A stretch of 64,000 nt of DNA. Source: an uncultured Chloroflexia bacterium (GTDB lineage: Bacteria; Chloroflexota; Limnocylindria; QHBO01). Where the stretch lies: the NCBI GenBank assembly GCA_963825525.1, contig CAWGTN010000002.1, forward strand, positions 352,001 to 416,000, given 5' to 3'. This document shows positions 11,024 through 19,463 of this stretch, piece by piece; positions within the stretch are counted from its first letter, which is position 1, and every line of letters starts with the position of its first letter. The translations under genes were made by a program, and so were the position numbers. Under the pieces are notes generated by a model. The model was given only the letters and a program-made list of their open reading frames with translations, made no database searches and was not told where the DNA came from.

Positions 11024-11106
11024 CGTGCCGCGTCCGGCAAATGACGTAGTCGGCCACCGCCATTCGTGTATGTTGCGGGCCACGTGAGTTCCCGAGAATC
11101 ACCATC

Positions 11107-11556
11107 ATGAACGCCGTCGTGACTGCCAACCCACCCGCCCCCGTGTCCGTTGCCGGCTCCCGCCCGCGCGCGATCTCCGCGCTGCGAGGCATCCTTTTGC
11201 TCGAGGCCGCACTGGGACTCGCGGGCACGATCTTCCTCAGCATGCTCGCTTCAGCCCTCGCGTCGTTCCTGGGTGGTGAGTCCGGCCGAGAGGCGGAGGA
11301 GATGGTGCGATTCGCTGCGGGTGGCGTGATCATCTTCGCCATTGCGGCCGCGGCCACCGCCCGCGGCGTCCGCAGGGCGCGCGGATGGTCATGGACCAGC
11401 GCTGCCCTGCTCCAGCTGGCGCTCGCCAGCGGCAGTGCCGTGCTTCTCGCCGTCACCCCATGGGCATTGGCGGCGTTCGGCGGCTTTGTACTGGCGGCCG
11501 TGAGCATGCTGCTCCTCAGCGCACCGTCGGTTCGGCGCGCGCTCGGGCAGGTGTGA
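11107..11556 (+). CDS. Hypothetical membrane protein (about 4 TM)
   Basis: 149-aa hydrophobic ORF filling the gap between real genes. Confidence 0.7.
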   Translation: MNAVVTANPPAPVSVAGSRPRAISALRGILLLEAALGLAGTIFLSMLASALASFLGGESGREAEEMVRFAAGGVIIFAIAAAATARGVRRARGWSWTSAALLQLALASGSAVLLAVTPWALAAFGGFVLAAVSMLLLSAPSVRRALGQV

Positions 11557-11590
11557 GGGACCCTCTCGGAACCCGCTAGGCTCATCGTCA

Positions 11591-12607
11591 ATGAGCCAGG
11601 CCAACCGCCACGATCCCGGTCCGGAGGCAGCCGGAAGTCGCGCCGACGAGCGTGGCGATGCCGCGCGTGAGCCGCTGAAACTCGAATCCGCAACGGTGCG
11701 CATCGGTACCGCGTCGTGGACCGACCCGACCATGACCGCGCCGGGCGTGTTCTACCCGCCGGATGCCACGACCGCAGAGGATAGGCTCGTCTTCTACGCG
11801 AACCAGTTCCCGATAGTCGAAGTCGACGCCACGTACTACGCGCTTCCGGCGCGGCGCACCGGCGAGCTGTGGCTCGAGCGGACACCTCCGGACTTCACGT
11901 TTGACATCAAGGCGCACGCCCTGATGACGGGTCAGCCCTCCGAGGTCAGCCGGCTGCCGAAGGACCTGCGCGAGGAGCTGCCCGCCGAGCTGGTGGCACG
12001 TAAACGGGTGTACGCCCGGGATCTGCCGCGCGAGATCGAGGACGAGATCTGGGCACGCTTCATGGACGGCATCGAGCCGCTGCGAAGCTCCGGCAAACTC
12101 GGCGCCATCTTCCTGCAGTATCCGCGCTGGTTCTTCCCGACCAGCGAGTCGCGACAGGAAATCCTGAGCGCCCGCGAGCGTCTCGGGGACGCGCCGTTCG
12201 CCATCGAGCTGCGTCATGCCAGTTGGTTCAACGAGAAGAATGCGACCCGCACCATCGACTTCCTTCAGAGCAATGAGATTCCGTTCGTGATGGTGGACGC
12301 GCCACCGGGAACGAAGTCATCCGTGCCGCCGATGTCTCTCGTGACCTCGCCAAAGCTGGCCGTCGTCCGTTTCCACGGGAGGCGCACCGAGACGTGGGAG
12401 CAGCGCGGCATCCCGGTGGTCGAACGATTTCGGTATCTGTACGACGAGGCGGAGCTCGGCGAGTGGGTGCCGCGAATCCGCGAGGCGGCGGCGCAGGTTC
12501 CCGAGCTGCACGTCCTCATGAACAACTGCTACGCCAACTACGGGACGACCAATGCCCGCGAGATTGCCGATATGCTCGCCGCCGACCTGCCACAGCTGAA
12601 GAGCTGA
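11591..12607 (+). CDS. DUF72 domain protein
   Basis: IGTASW, VEVDATYY, LQYP, ELRH, RFHGR, YLY, NN motifs. Confidence 0.92.
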   Translation: MSQANRHDPGPEAAGSRADERGDAAREPLKLESATVRIGTASWTDPTMTAPGVFYPPDATTAEDRLVFYANQFPIVEVDATYYALPARRTGELWLERTPPDFTFDIKAHALMTGQPSEVSRLPKDLREELPAELVARKRVYARDLPREIEDEIWARFMDGIEPLRSSGKLGAIFLQYPRWFFPTSESRQEILSARERLGDAPFAIELRHASWFNEKNATRTIDFLQSNEIPFVMVDAPPGTKSSVPPMSLVTSPKLAVVRFHGRRTETWEQRGIPVVERFRYLYDEAELGEWVPRIREAAAQVPELHVLMNNCYANYGTTNAREIADMLAADLPQLKS

Positions 12608-12624
12608 CGCGCTACGCTGCAGAC

Positions 12625-13419
12625 GTGGGGATCAGGCGCGGCGTATTCGGGCTGGTGGTGGCGATGGTCCTCGGTGCCTGCACATTGCCGCCGATCGACA
12701 CTCCCACGCCCACGGCAACTCCCACCCCAGCGGTGACGCCGACTCCGACGCCATTGGCATCCCCGACCCCGCCACCCACACCCTCGCCCAGCGCTGCGCC
12801 GCTGGCCCCCGACTTCAACGCGGGTGAAGTCGTCAGCACCGCCGTCGACGGCCTTCGAGTCCGAAGCCTGCCCGGACTGGAGCGCCCGGTCGTCACCGGG
12901 CTCCTGCCTGCCGGGTACGACCTCGTGGTGGTCATGGGCCCGATCCAGGTCGAGGACCGTGCCTGGTACCTCGTGATCCCGGCAGCCGACCGCGAACCGG
13001 CCTTCGAGGAGGGATGGGTGGCTGCCGGCGTCGAGCCGGATCCCCTGCTGAGCTCGACCGGCGGAGTCGCCGATGGCTCGCTGTACGTCGTCTCGTTGGA
13101 CGGCACGGCGGACGCCGAGCAGGGACCCATCGAGATCGGCGATGGCGATCATCTCATCCGATGGATCGCCGTCGACCCGGAGCGCACGCGGTGCTCGTTC
13201 GCCGTGTCGCTCTCTCCCGCCGGCGGTGGCGATCCGCTGCCGGCCATCCGCGCGACCATCGGAACCGGCGTTGATCGGGGCATCCTCCAGCCCCAATCGT
13301 TCGATGCCCTCGGCATCCGCGGGTCCGTCTTCGTCAACGTCGCGTCCGACTGCGGGTGGGCACTCACCATCCTGCGCGCTCCCCCGGCAGCCTCGCCGGG
13401 GCCGTCCCCTTCATCCTGA
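12625..13419 (+). CDS. Hypothetical lipoprotein with Pro/Thr linker and SH3-like domain
   Basis: Lipobox LGAC; PTPT linker; LRVRSLPG...WY...GWVA; TACGCT 6 nt before GTG. Confidence 0.75.
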   Translation: MGIRRGVFGLVVAMVLGACTLPPIDTPTPTATPTPAVTPTPTPLASPTPPPTPSPSAAPLAPDFNAGEVVSTAVDGLRVRSLPGLERPVVTGLLPAGYDLVVVMGPIQVEDRAWYLVIPAADREPAFEEGWVAAGVEPDPLLSSTGGVADGSLYVVSLDGTADAEQGPIEIGDGDHLIRWIAVDPERTRCSFAVSLSPAGGGDPLPAIRATIGTGVDRGILQPQSFDALGIRGSVFVNVASDCGWALTILRAPPAASPGPSPSS

Positions 13420-13433
13420 TCGGCGAACTCGCC

Positions 13434-14024
13434 TCAGCATCCAGCCCAGATTCCAGCACCGGCGGCCCGAGCGGCGCGTTCGGCGGCATCCAGCCGCGCC
13501 TGGTGCCGCGTGTCCGGCGGGAACGTGCGAGCTTCGATGAGTCCGCGCGCCACCAGGGCCTCGCCGACGTGCACCCATTCGCCGTCCTCCACGATCCAAG
13601 GATGCCGCAGGAGCCTCCCGAACCGATCACGGTCGGTCGCGTCGGCTTCCAATGTCAGCTCCACTCCCATGACCAGGTCGATGTTGGCCCGTGTGGCCGC
13701 GTCCGCGCCGCATTCGGCCGGGCTTCCGGCATCCGGGTGGGCTACCTCCGGGGCGTCGACCCCGACGTACCGGACGCGCTCGCGAAGGGCGCCGAGCTCG
13801 ACGGTGACCGTGTCGCCATCGGCCACGCGGACAACCACTCCCCGCTCCAGGGCACCTGCAGGACCGTCGTTGGATGCATTTGGGGCGATTGACGGGCTCG
13901 GCGGCGCACCCAACACCGCCACCAGTGCGACCAGGCCGGCACCCATGGCCAGGACCGCAACGATTCCGAGGAGTCGCTCGGGTCGGAGCCGCTCTCCCGC
14001 CGTGCTAGCGCTCGGATCCGGCAA
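13434..14024 (-). CDS. Thermonuclease (SNase) family protein
   Basis: VADGDT, VRYVGVDAPE, DRFGRLL, GIW. Confidence 0.92.
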   Translation of the reverse strand: MPDPSASTAGERLRPERLLGIVAVLAMGAGLVALVAVLGAPPSPSIAPNASNDGPAGALERGVVVRVADGDTVTVELGALRERVRYVGVDAPEVAHPDAGSPAECGADAATRANIDLVMGVELTLEADATDRDRFGRLLRHPWIVEDGEWVHVGEALVARGLIEARTFPPDTRHQARLDAAERAARAAGAGIWAGC

Positions 14025-14634
14025 GGGACTCAGTCAGGGTGGCGCCGGTGGGATCGAACAGCAGGCAGATGAAGGACCGATCGCCGTTGCTCCACGAACC
14101 CTCGGAGGGACTGATCATCGAGCCATGGATCTCAGACGCTTCGAACGACGTTCCGACGTACATCTCGAATTCAGGCGCGCAGCTTCGATTGAAGATGTTG
14201 GGCAGGCTGGAGTCAGGCGGGTACGACCCGTCGCCCTCGTACGTCGCCACGGCAAACACCTCGTATGCGTGCGGCTCGGTGCAGGGCACGGCGTCAACTT
14301 CGCTGATCTCGTCGGCGTCCGCGCCGTTGAAGCAATCGCCCGCCCGCAGCTCGTCAATCGACAGGGTGCCGGCCGAGGCCAGCGCGCCGTCGTCGCCGCG
14401 GCGTGCGGACGTCGCCCACCCGACGGCGAGCGCGATCGCGATGGCCGGGACCCACCAGAAGCGGATCCAGCGTCGCCATGGCGCATCCGGCGCGAGCTTG
14501 GGCGCCGTCGCCTCCCATCGCGCCTGATCGTCAGCTGAGGATTCGGCCCCACGCAGCAGCCCGCATCGGCCGCACGCGGCGTCGGACTCCTCGTTGTCGG
14601 CAAAACATCTCTTGCAGACCCATCGATCACTCAT
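14005..14634 (-). CDS. Septum-formation-family protein with N-terminal RanBP2-type zinc finger
   Basis: WVCKRCFADN...CGRC; TM; GDCFN, VPCTEPHAYEV, PSEGSWSNGDRSFIC. Confidence 0.8.
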   Translation of the reverse strand: MSDRWVCKRCFADNEESDAACGRCGLLRGAESSADDQARWEATAPKLAPDAPWRRWIRFWWVPAIAIALAVGWATSARRGDDGALASAGTLSIDELRAGDCFNGADADEISEVDAVPCTEPHAYEVFAVATYEGDGSYPPDSSLPNIFNRSCAPEFEMYVGTSFEASEIHGSMISPSEGSWSNGDRSFICLLFDPTGATLTESLAGSER

Positions 14635-15236
14635 TCGGGAACCCTAGTCGATTCGGCGGCCCGGGCGTCCGCCCATCCCCGGACGAAGGCCTCCTGGTCG
14701 GCCGTCTCGACGGCCTCGGGGTGGCGTACCTGGCGAACGCGGGCGATGGCGTCGTCCGGATCCCAGCCCGCGGCAACCAGGGCGCAGGCAACGATGGTTC
14801 CCGTCCGCCCTACGCCGCCCATGCACGCCACCGCCACGTTCGCGGATTCGCGCGCCTCGGCGATGCTGTGCAGGATGGCGTCCATCTCCTCCAGTGACGC
14901 GGGCGGATCGCCATCGGGCATCGGATGTCGATCCACGATGATCCCGATGGCGGCTGCGTGCGCCGCCACGTCAGGGTGGCCCCAGCGTCCGAGTTCCACA
15001 TCCTCGACCAGCAGAAGGAGGCGGCCGACCCCGGCGTCCGCCAGGCCCTGAAGGTCCGTGGCCAGGTCATTGCGGTAGACGCGGCCGGGATACCTGGTCG
15101 ATGCGCCGTGCTTGCCCGGTAGCACGGTCATGCCCAGGCGACCCGGGCGATGATCGTTGAGATCCGCCTCCGGCAACCAATCGATGGCCGGAGCCGGATC
15201 GTGCGCCGGTCCCGGAGCGCTAATTGAGCTGGCCAT
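14631..15236 (-). CDS. Dual-specificity/tyrosine protein phosphatase (CDKN3-like)
   Basis: CX5R loop CMGGVGRTG; AVET..Q. Confidence 0.88.
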   Translation of the reverse strand: MASSISAPGPAHDPAPAIDWLPEADLNDHRPGRLGMTVLPGKHGASTRYPGRVYRNDLATDLQGLADAGVGRLLLLVEDVELGRWGHPDVAAHAAAIGIIVDRHPMPDGDPPASLEEMDAILHSIAEARESANVAVACMGGVGRTGTIVACALVAAGWDPDDAIARVRQVRHPEAVETADQEAFVRGWADARAAESTRVPE

Positions 15237-15747
15237 TGTTGCGGACGCAGAAGTGCCCGGTGGGGTCCAGTGGCTCGCCACAGAACGGGCACGCCGGTCT
15301 ACCCGACGCAACCAATGCCTCCGCCCGGCGGGCAAAGGCGCGCGCGGTCGGCGCATCGATCCGAATTCGAAGCAGGTCGGGGCCATCCTCGGCCTCGTCC
15401 GGCAGCTCGGCGTACTCCCCGTCCTCGGTCGGGGTCTGCGCCTCGATCACCACCGCGGACGTCGTCGCGTCCCAGGCCAGCGCCATGGCACCGACGCGGA
15501 AGAGCTCGACCACCGGCTCCTCGAGCGGCAGCTCGTCACTCGGAGCCGCCTCGGCTGGCACATCGACCGCGTCGAGCAGGTCCCCGAGCCGCTTGGCAAG
15601 TGCCGCGACCTGGACCTTCTCGACCGCGACACTGATCATCGCGTCTCCCTTGCGTGCCTGGAGGAAGAATGCCCGGTCGCCGGGTTCGCCGATCGTGCCG
15701 GCAAGAAAGCGGTCGGGCTCGTCGAAGACGAAGAGGCGTCGTGTCAT
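15220..15747 (-). CDS. DUF3090 family protein
   Basis: GTIGEPGDRAFFLQA, EKVQV, FRVG, GRPACPFCGEPLDPTGHFC. Confidence 0.88.
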   Translation of the reverse strand: MTRRLFVFDEPDRFLAGTIGEPGDRAFFLQARKGDAMISVAVEKVQVAALAKRLGDLLDAVDVPAEAAPSDELPLEEPVVELFRVGAMALAWDATTSAVVIEAQTPTEDGEYAELPDEAEDGPDLLRIRIDAPTARAFARRAEALVASGRPACPFCGEPLDPTGHFCVRNNGQLN

Positions 15748-15864
15748 CCGTTCCATCGTAGCGTCTGGCGACCCGGTAGAGTTTCGGTGCAGATGAGCAC
15801 CACGGTCGCCGAGGGAGCCACCTGACCGATGCGACAGCGGCTTCGACCCTTTCGGTCTCGCGCC

Positions 15865-16419
15865 ATGGCCCGTCGACCGGGCTCCGAGGGCGCTCTCGAG
15901 CTGTCGCCCCGGGCGCGACGCATCGGCGGCTGGGTCGCGGCGGCGCTCCTGATCGGAGCCTTCGCACTCGCGTTCCGTCTCCTGGGTGGCAACGGGGATG
16001 GGACCGTGACCACCGCTTCGCCCTCCGGCACGATCGCCGGGCTGGCGCCCATTCGATTCGGCACAGCGCTCGACCCCGCATCGGGAGAGGTCGCGGCGGA
16101 CGCAGAGACCGACCGATTCACATCGGGCGACGCGTTCGCCTATTCGGTCGAGCCAACCGCAACGGTGCCGGCGGCCGTCTACGTGGAGGTTCGAAGGACA
16201 TCCGGGGGTTCGATCGAAATCACGCAGTCACCGACCGACCCGCAACCTTTGCGCAACGCCCGTGTCATCGCGTTCACCGTTCCCGCCGGGGACCTCCTCG
16301 ACGCCTTTGGTCCGGGGACCTACACGATGCTCATCTACGCCGAGGCGGATGGCGACCCGCTCGCCGAAGGACGTTTCGAGCTCATCGAGGTGCCCTCCAG
16401 TCCGGCGACAAGCCCCTGA
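15865..16419 (+). CDS. Hypothetical single-TM exported protein
   Basis: One TM followed by a beta-rich domain ending PGTYTM...LAEGRF; start could be 15829. Confidence 0.7.
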   Translation: MARRPGSEGALELSPRARRIGGWVAAALLIGAFALAFRLLGGNGDGTVTTASPSGTIAGLAPIRFGTALDPASGEVAADAETDRFTSGDAFAYSVEPTATVPAAVYVEVRRTSGGSIEITQSPTDPQPLRNARVIAFTVPAGDLLDAFGPGTYTMLIYAEADGDPLAEGRFELIEVPSSPATSP

Positions 16420-16460
16420 ACAAGAGGAAGGGATCGGAGACGTGCCCCATCTCCGATCCC
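16420..16460 (-). terminator. Intrinsic terminator
   Basis: Perfect 11-bp stem GGGATCGGAGA/TCTCCGATCCC (16430-16460) followed on the minus strand by TTCCTCTTGTT. Confidence 0.7.
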
Positions 16461-16495
16461 TGCTGGCAAGCCGGCGTGCCCATCCGACTCGTCTC
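16420..16495 (-). ncRNA. Candidate small RNA with two hairpins
   Basis: Upstream TTGACA-18-TACTGT promoter; hairpin loops AUGGGCACG and UGGGGCACG; ends in a terminator. Confidence 0.45.
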
Positions 16496-16500
16496 TCGGC

Positions 16501-16530
16501 ACAGTACGGTCACTCAACCGCACCTGTCAA
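16501..16530 (-). promoter_or_regulatory. Sigma70-type promoter
   Basis: TTGACA (16530-16525), 18 nt spacer, TACTGT (16506-16501). Confidence 0.6.
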
Positions 16531-16533
16531 TAC

Positions 16534-17832
16534 TCAATTGACCGTGAGTGCCTCACTGGTGAGCTCGTACGCGCCACGATGGTCTCCGGCCTGTGCGCGC
16601 AGGTCGGCCCAGTCCCGCAGAACCTCCCGCAACCGGCCCGGAACCCTGCTCGAACGAGCGAGCGTCGCCGCATCACCAAACCGTGCTTCGGCCTCTTCGG
16701 CCCTGCCGCTCGCGCGCAGTGCCCGCGCCTGTGTGAGGGTGGCGCCCAGCTCCGCGAGCTGATTGCCGCTGCGTGTGGCGTAGTCGACGGCCGCGGCGGC
16801 CAGGGTCATGGCCTCATCGGCTTCGCCCGCGGCCAACGCGACCTGCGCCTCGGTGTCGGCGACGGCCGCCAGCCAGCGCTCGTCGCCGGTCGCTTCGATC
16901 TGCGCCCGCGCATCCCCGGCGAGCTCGCGAGCTCGCTGCACCTGCCCGGTCGCCAGGAACGCAAGCGCGAGGTCATTCTCGATGCGAGCCGACTCGAAGA
17001 TCGCGCCCGCGGCGCGATACAGGGCCATGCCCTGCGTTCCCGCCCGGATTGCCGCTTCGAAGTCCCCGACCTCGCGATAGCCCACGGCCAGGTTGAACAG
17101 GAAAGCCGCGCGACGCCGATCATCGAGGTCCGCGGCCAGACCGCGCGCCTCTTCCAGGTACGACAGCGCACGCGTCGAATTTCCGGTTCGAGACTCGACA
17201 GCGGCAAGCGAAGTCAGAAGCCGCATCTCGAAATCGGGCTCCACGCGCAGGCCGGATCGGACCTGCTCGAGGAGCGCGGACAGGATGCTGCGCGCATCAG
17301 GTTCGTTGTCGGACTCGTACAGTCCGTATGCGAGCCAGTAGCGCGCGAGTGCCGCATCGGCATCGCGGCCCGCCAGTCCGTAGATCCGTGCGGCTTCCGA
17401 GGCCGCCGCCACCGTCTCGTTCCCGCGGTCGAGGCGCGCAAGCGCTTCGGCCAGCCCCCGCAGCAGGTCTGCGCGCGTGGAATCGTCGGACGGAAGGTCG
17501 AGCAGCTCGGTGTAACCGTCGGCGGCCGCTTGCCAGCTGCCGGCAGCCAGCTGCATATCGACCTCGAGACGGGTCCACGTCGGATGCGACTCATCGATGA
17601 AATGGCCCGGCGGCAGGTTCAGCCGCTCGGAGATGTAGTTGAGCGCGACCATGGAGGGTCGAGCGATACCGGTTTCGAGGGCGCTGACATACGCCTTGGT
17701 GTAGCGCTCCCCGGCAAGCTGCTGCTGCGTGAGCCCGGTCCGATGGCGAGCTTCGCGGATGCGTTGCCCGATGCGGTGCGCGAGCTCACGGTCCTGGTCG
17801 GTGGCTCGGGCACTCGTCTTGGTCCGTGGCAT
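16534..17832 (-). CDS. XRE HTH + TPR transcriptional regulator (RRNPP-like)
   Basis: IGQRIREAR..GLTQQQLA..YTKAYVSALETG..RPS HTH; Ala-rich helical repeats including FLFNLAVGY and IENDLALAF. Confidence 0.9.
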   Translation of the reverse strand: MPRTKTSARATDQDRELAHRIGQRIREARHRTGLTQQQLAGERYTKAYVSALETGIARPSMVALNYISERLNLPPGHFIDESHPTWTRLEVDMQLAAGSWQAAADGYTELLDLPSDDSTRADLLRGLAEALARLDRGNETVAAASEAARIYGLAGRDADAALARYWLAYGLYESDNEPDARSILSALLEQVRSGLRVEPDFEMRLLTSLAAVESRTGNSTRALSYLEEARGLAADLDDRRRAAFLFNLAVGYREVGDFEAAIRAGTQGMALYRAAGAIFESARIENDLALAFLATGQVQRARELAGDARAQIEATGDERWLAAVADTEAQVALAAGEADEAMTLAAAAVDYATRSGNQLAELGATLTQARALRASGRAEEAEARFGDAATLARSSRVPGRLREVLRDWADLRAQAGDHRGAYELTSEALTVN

Positions 17833-18008
17833 TGCGCGAGTCTACACCCGCTGGCAAGCGCTACTTGACCGTGGCATGCCCCGATCGTACTGGCGGGGAC
17901 GGGTGGGGCGGGACCGTTGGGTCATTGCCCGGTGGTTCCTTCGGCGCGACCGTGGCTGAGCGCCTTCGACGACGAAGGTCGGCCCGACCCACGTCAAGGA
18001 GAACATCG

Positions 18009-18134
18009 ATGCGAACCCGGCGAATCGCCCGCTCCATCCTGGTCGCTGGCACTGCGGCGGCGCTGAGCATTCTCAGCATCGTCTCGACTGTCATGGCCGT
18101 CACCGGCGGTGCGGACTTCCCCCTCCGCCGCTGA
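18009..18134 (+). CDS. 41-aa secreted propeptide (putative signalling peptide)
   Basis: SD AAGGAG; MRTRRIARSILVAGTAAALSILSIVSTVMA-VTGGADFPLRR. Confidence 0.8.
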   Translation: MRTRRIARSILVAGTAAALSILSIVSTVMAVTGGADFPLRR

Positions 18135-18182
18135 TCCTCGATCCATTCCGGGCCGCGGCGCGGCCCGGAGAGCGCTGAGCCC

Positions 18183-18767
18183 CTAGTGCCCGTGCTGGTA
18201 GTAGGGGTTTTCGCCTGCGTCGTGATCGGTCACGTCGACGATGGCCGTCACTGACGGGACGGCCGCCCGTACCGCGGTCTCGACACCCTGCTTGAGCGTG
18301 ACGTTGACCGCCGAGCAGCCCTGGCATCCGCCGCCGAAGCGCATGTATGCCGTGCCATCCTTGACGTCCACAAGCGTCACCTGCCCGCCATGGGATCCGA
18401 CGCCCGGGTTGATCTGTCGATCGATGACGTCCTGAACGGCGCGCGCCACCGGATCCTGCCAGCCCTCGTTCGGATTCTCAATGCGCAGGCCGCCACCGGT
18501 GACCGCCGGGTCGAGCTCGATCGATGCGCCCGCGAGATCGGTTGCGCTCGTCGGGTCGAGCACAACGGTCAGTCCATCGGATTCGACCGACAGGTCATTA
18601 TCGGCCCGTTCACGCGGATCCTCGAGCGCGATCTCGTACTGGAAACGACGTCCCTCTTTTGCCAGGACGCGTACCCGGAGAACTGCCTCGGGGAAGTTGT
18701 TGAAGGACCGAACGCCCTCGATCTTGGATCGAGCTTCGTCGGAGATGGTCAGGAGCGGATTGATCAT
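18183..18767 (-). CDS. nfuA: Fe-S biogenesis protein, NfuA-like
   Basis: Degenerate A-type domain plus INPGVGSHGG...FGGGCQGC...DVTDH..GENPYY. Confidence 0.88.
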   Translation of the reverse strand: MINPLLTISDEARSKIEGVRSFNNFPEAVLRVRVLAKEGRRFQYEIALEDPRERADNDLSVESDGLTVVLDPTSATDLAGASIELDPAVTGGGLRIENPNEGWQDPVARAVQDVIDRQINPGVGSHGGQVTLVDVKDGTAYMRFGGGCQGCSAVNVTLKQGVETAVRAAVPSVTAIVDVTDHDAGENPYYQHGH

Positions 18768-18874
18768 CAGCGCCATGGTACTGCGGGACGTCTGCCGCTG
18801 CACCGGCCCCCATGGTGAAGCGGCCGTAGCCTCCACGTGAAGAAGCCTTTGCAGCGCAGGGTGAGGCGTGCATT

Positions 18875-18889
18875 CGGCACGCGGTGTGC
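18875..18889 (+). promoter_or_regulatory. Putative sigma54 -24/-12 promoter
   Basis: CGGCACGCGGTGTGC (GG-N10-GC) upstream of the lipoprotein gene. Confidence 0.45.
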
Positions 18890-18946
18890 GCGCTCGAGAC
18901 GGAGAGCGCCCGCTGCGCTCTCAACCAACCGATGCACAGGGGAACC

Positions 18947-19459
18947 ATGAACAAGTTGAATCCATTGCACCGCGTCGCCGCTCTCGCAGCCGCCGCAGCC
19001 TTCGCGCTGGCCGCCTGCGCCCCGGCCGGCGGTGGCAGCTCCGGCGAGCCGGCCACATCGCCCGGGTCGGAAAGCGCACGTCCTGCGCCATCAGCCAGCG
19101 AGGAGGTTGCCAGCCGCGTCTCGATCGACGACGTGCTCGCCGATCCCGCGTCCTTCCAGGATGCGGATGTGACGATCATGGAGAACGTCGACGAGGTCTA
19201 TGTCGTCGACCGCGCATTCCGCTTCAGCGGCACCGAAGTCCAGGGCGACCTGCTCGTGGTCGTCGCTCCGGACGCAGCCATCGACAAGGAGATCCAGCCA
19301 GACCGGGTCGTGACGGTGACCGGCCGCATCGTGCCGTTCACCGACGAGGCGATGCAGGCGGCGGGCATCGACCTGACCACGGATGACGACGCGGTCGCGG
19401 GCTACGCGGGGAATGCGGTCCTGGTGGCGGCACGCGTCGCCGATCCGCTGTCCCAGTAG
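18947..19459 (+). CDS. Hypothetical lipoprotein (OB-fold-like)
   Basis: Lipobox LAAC; SD GGGGA; V.IDDVLADP..F....VT pattern. Confidence 0.75.
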   Translation: MNKLNPLHRVAALAAAAAFALAACAPAGGGSSGEPATSPGSESARPAPSASEEVASRVSIDDVLADPASFQDADVTIMENVDEVYVVDRAFRFSGTEVQGDLLVVVAPDAAIDKEIQPDRVVTVTGRIVPFTDEAMQAAGIDLTTDDDAVAGYAGNAVLVAARVADPLSQ

Positions 19460-19463
19460 GGGG

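Noticed and set aside
12700-12800. Repetitive ACNCCN tract as a DNA repeat or CRISPR
   Set aside because: It encodes a Pro/Thr linker; no repeat-spacer periodicity was found anywhere in the window.
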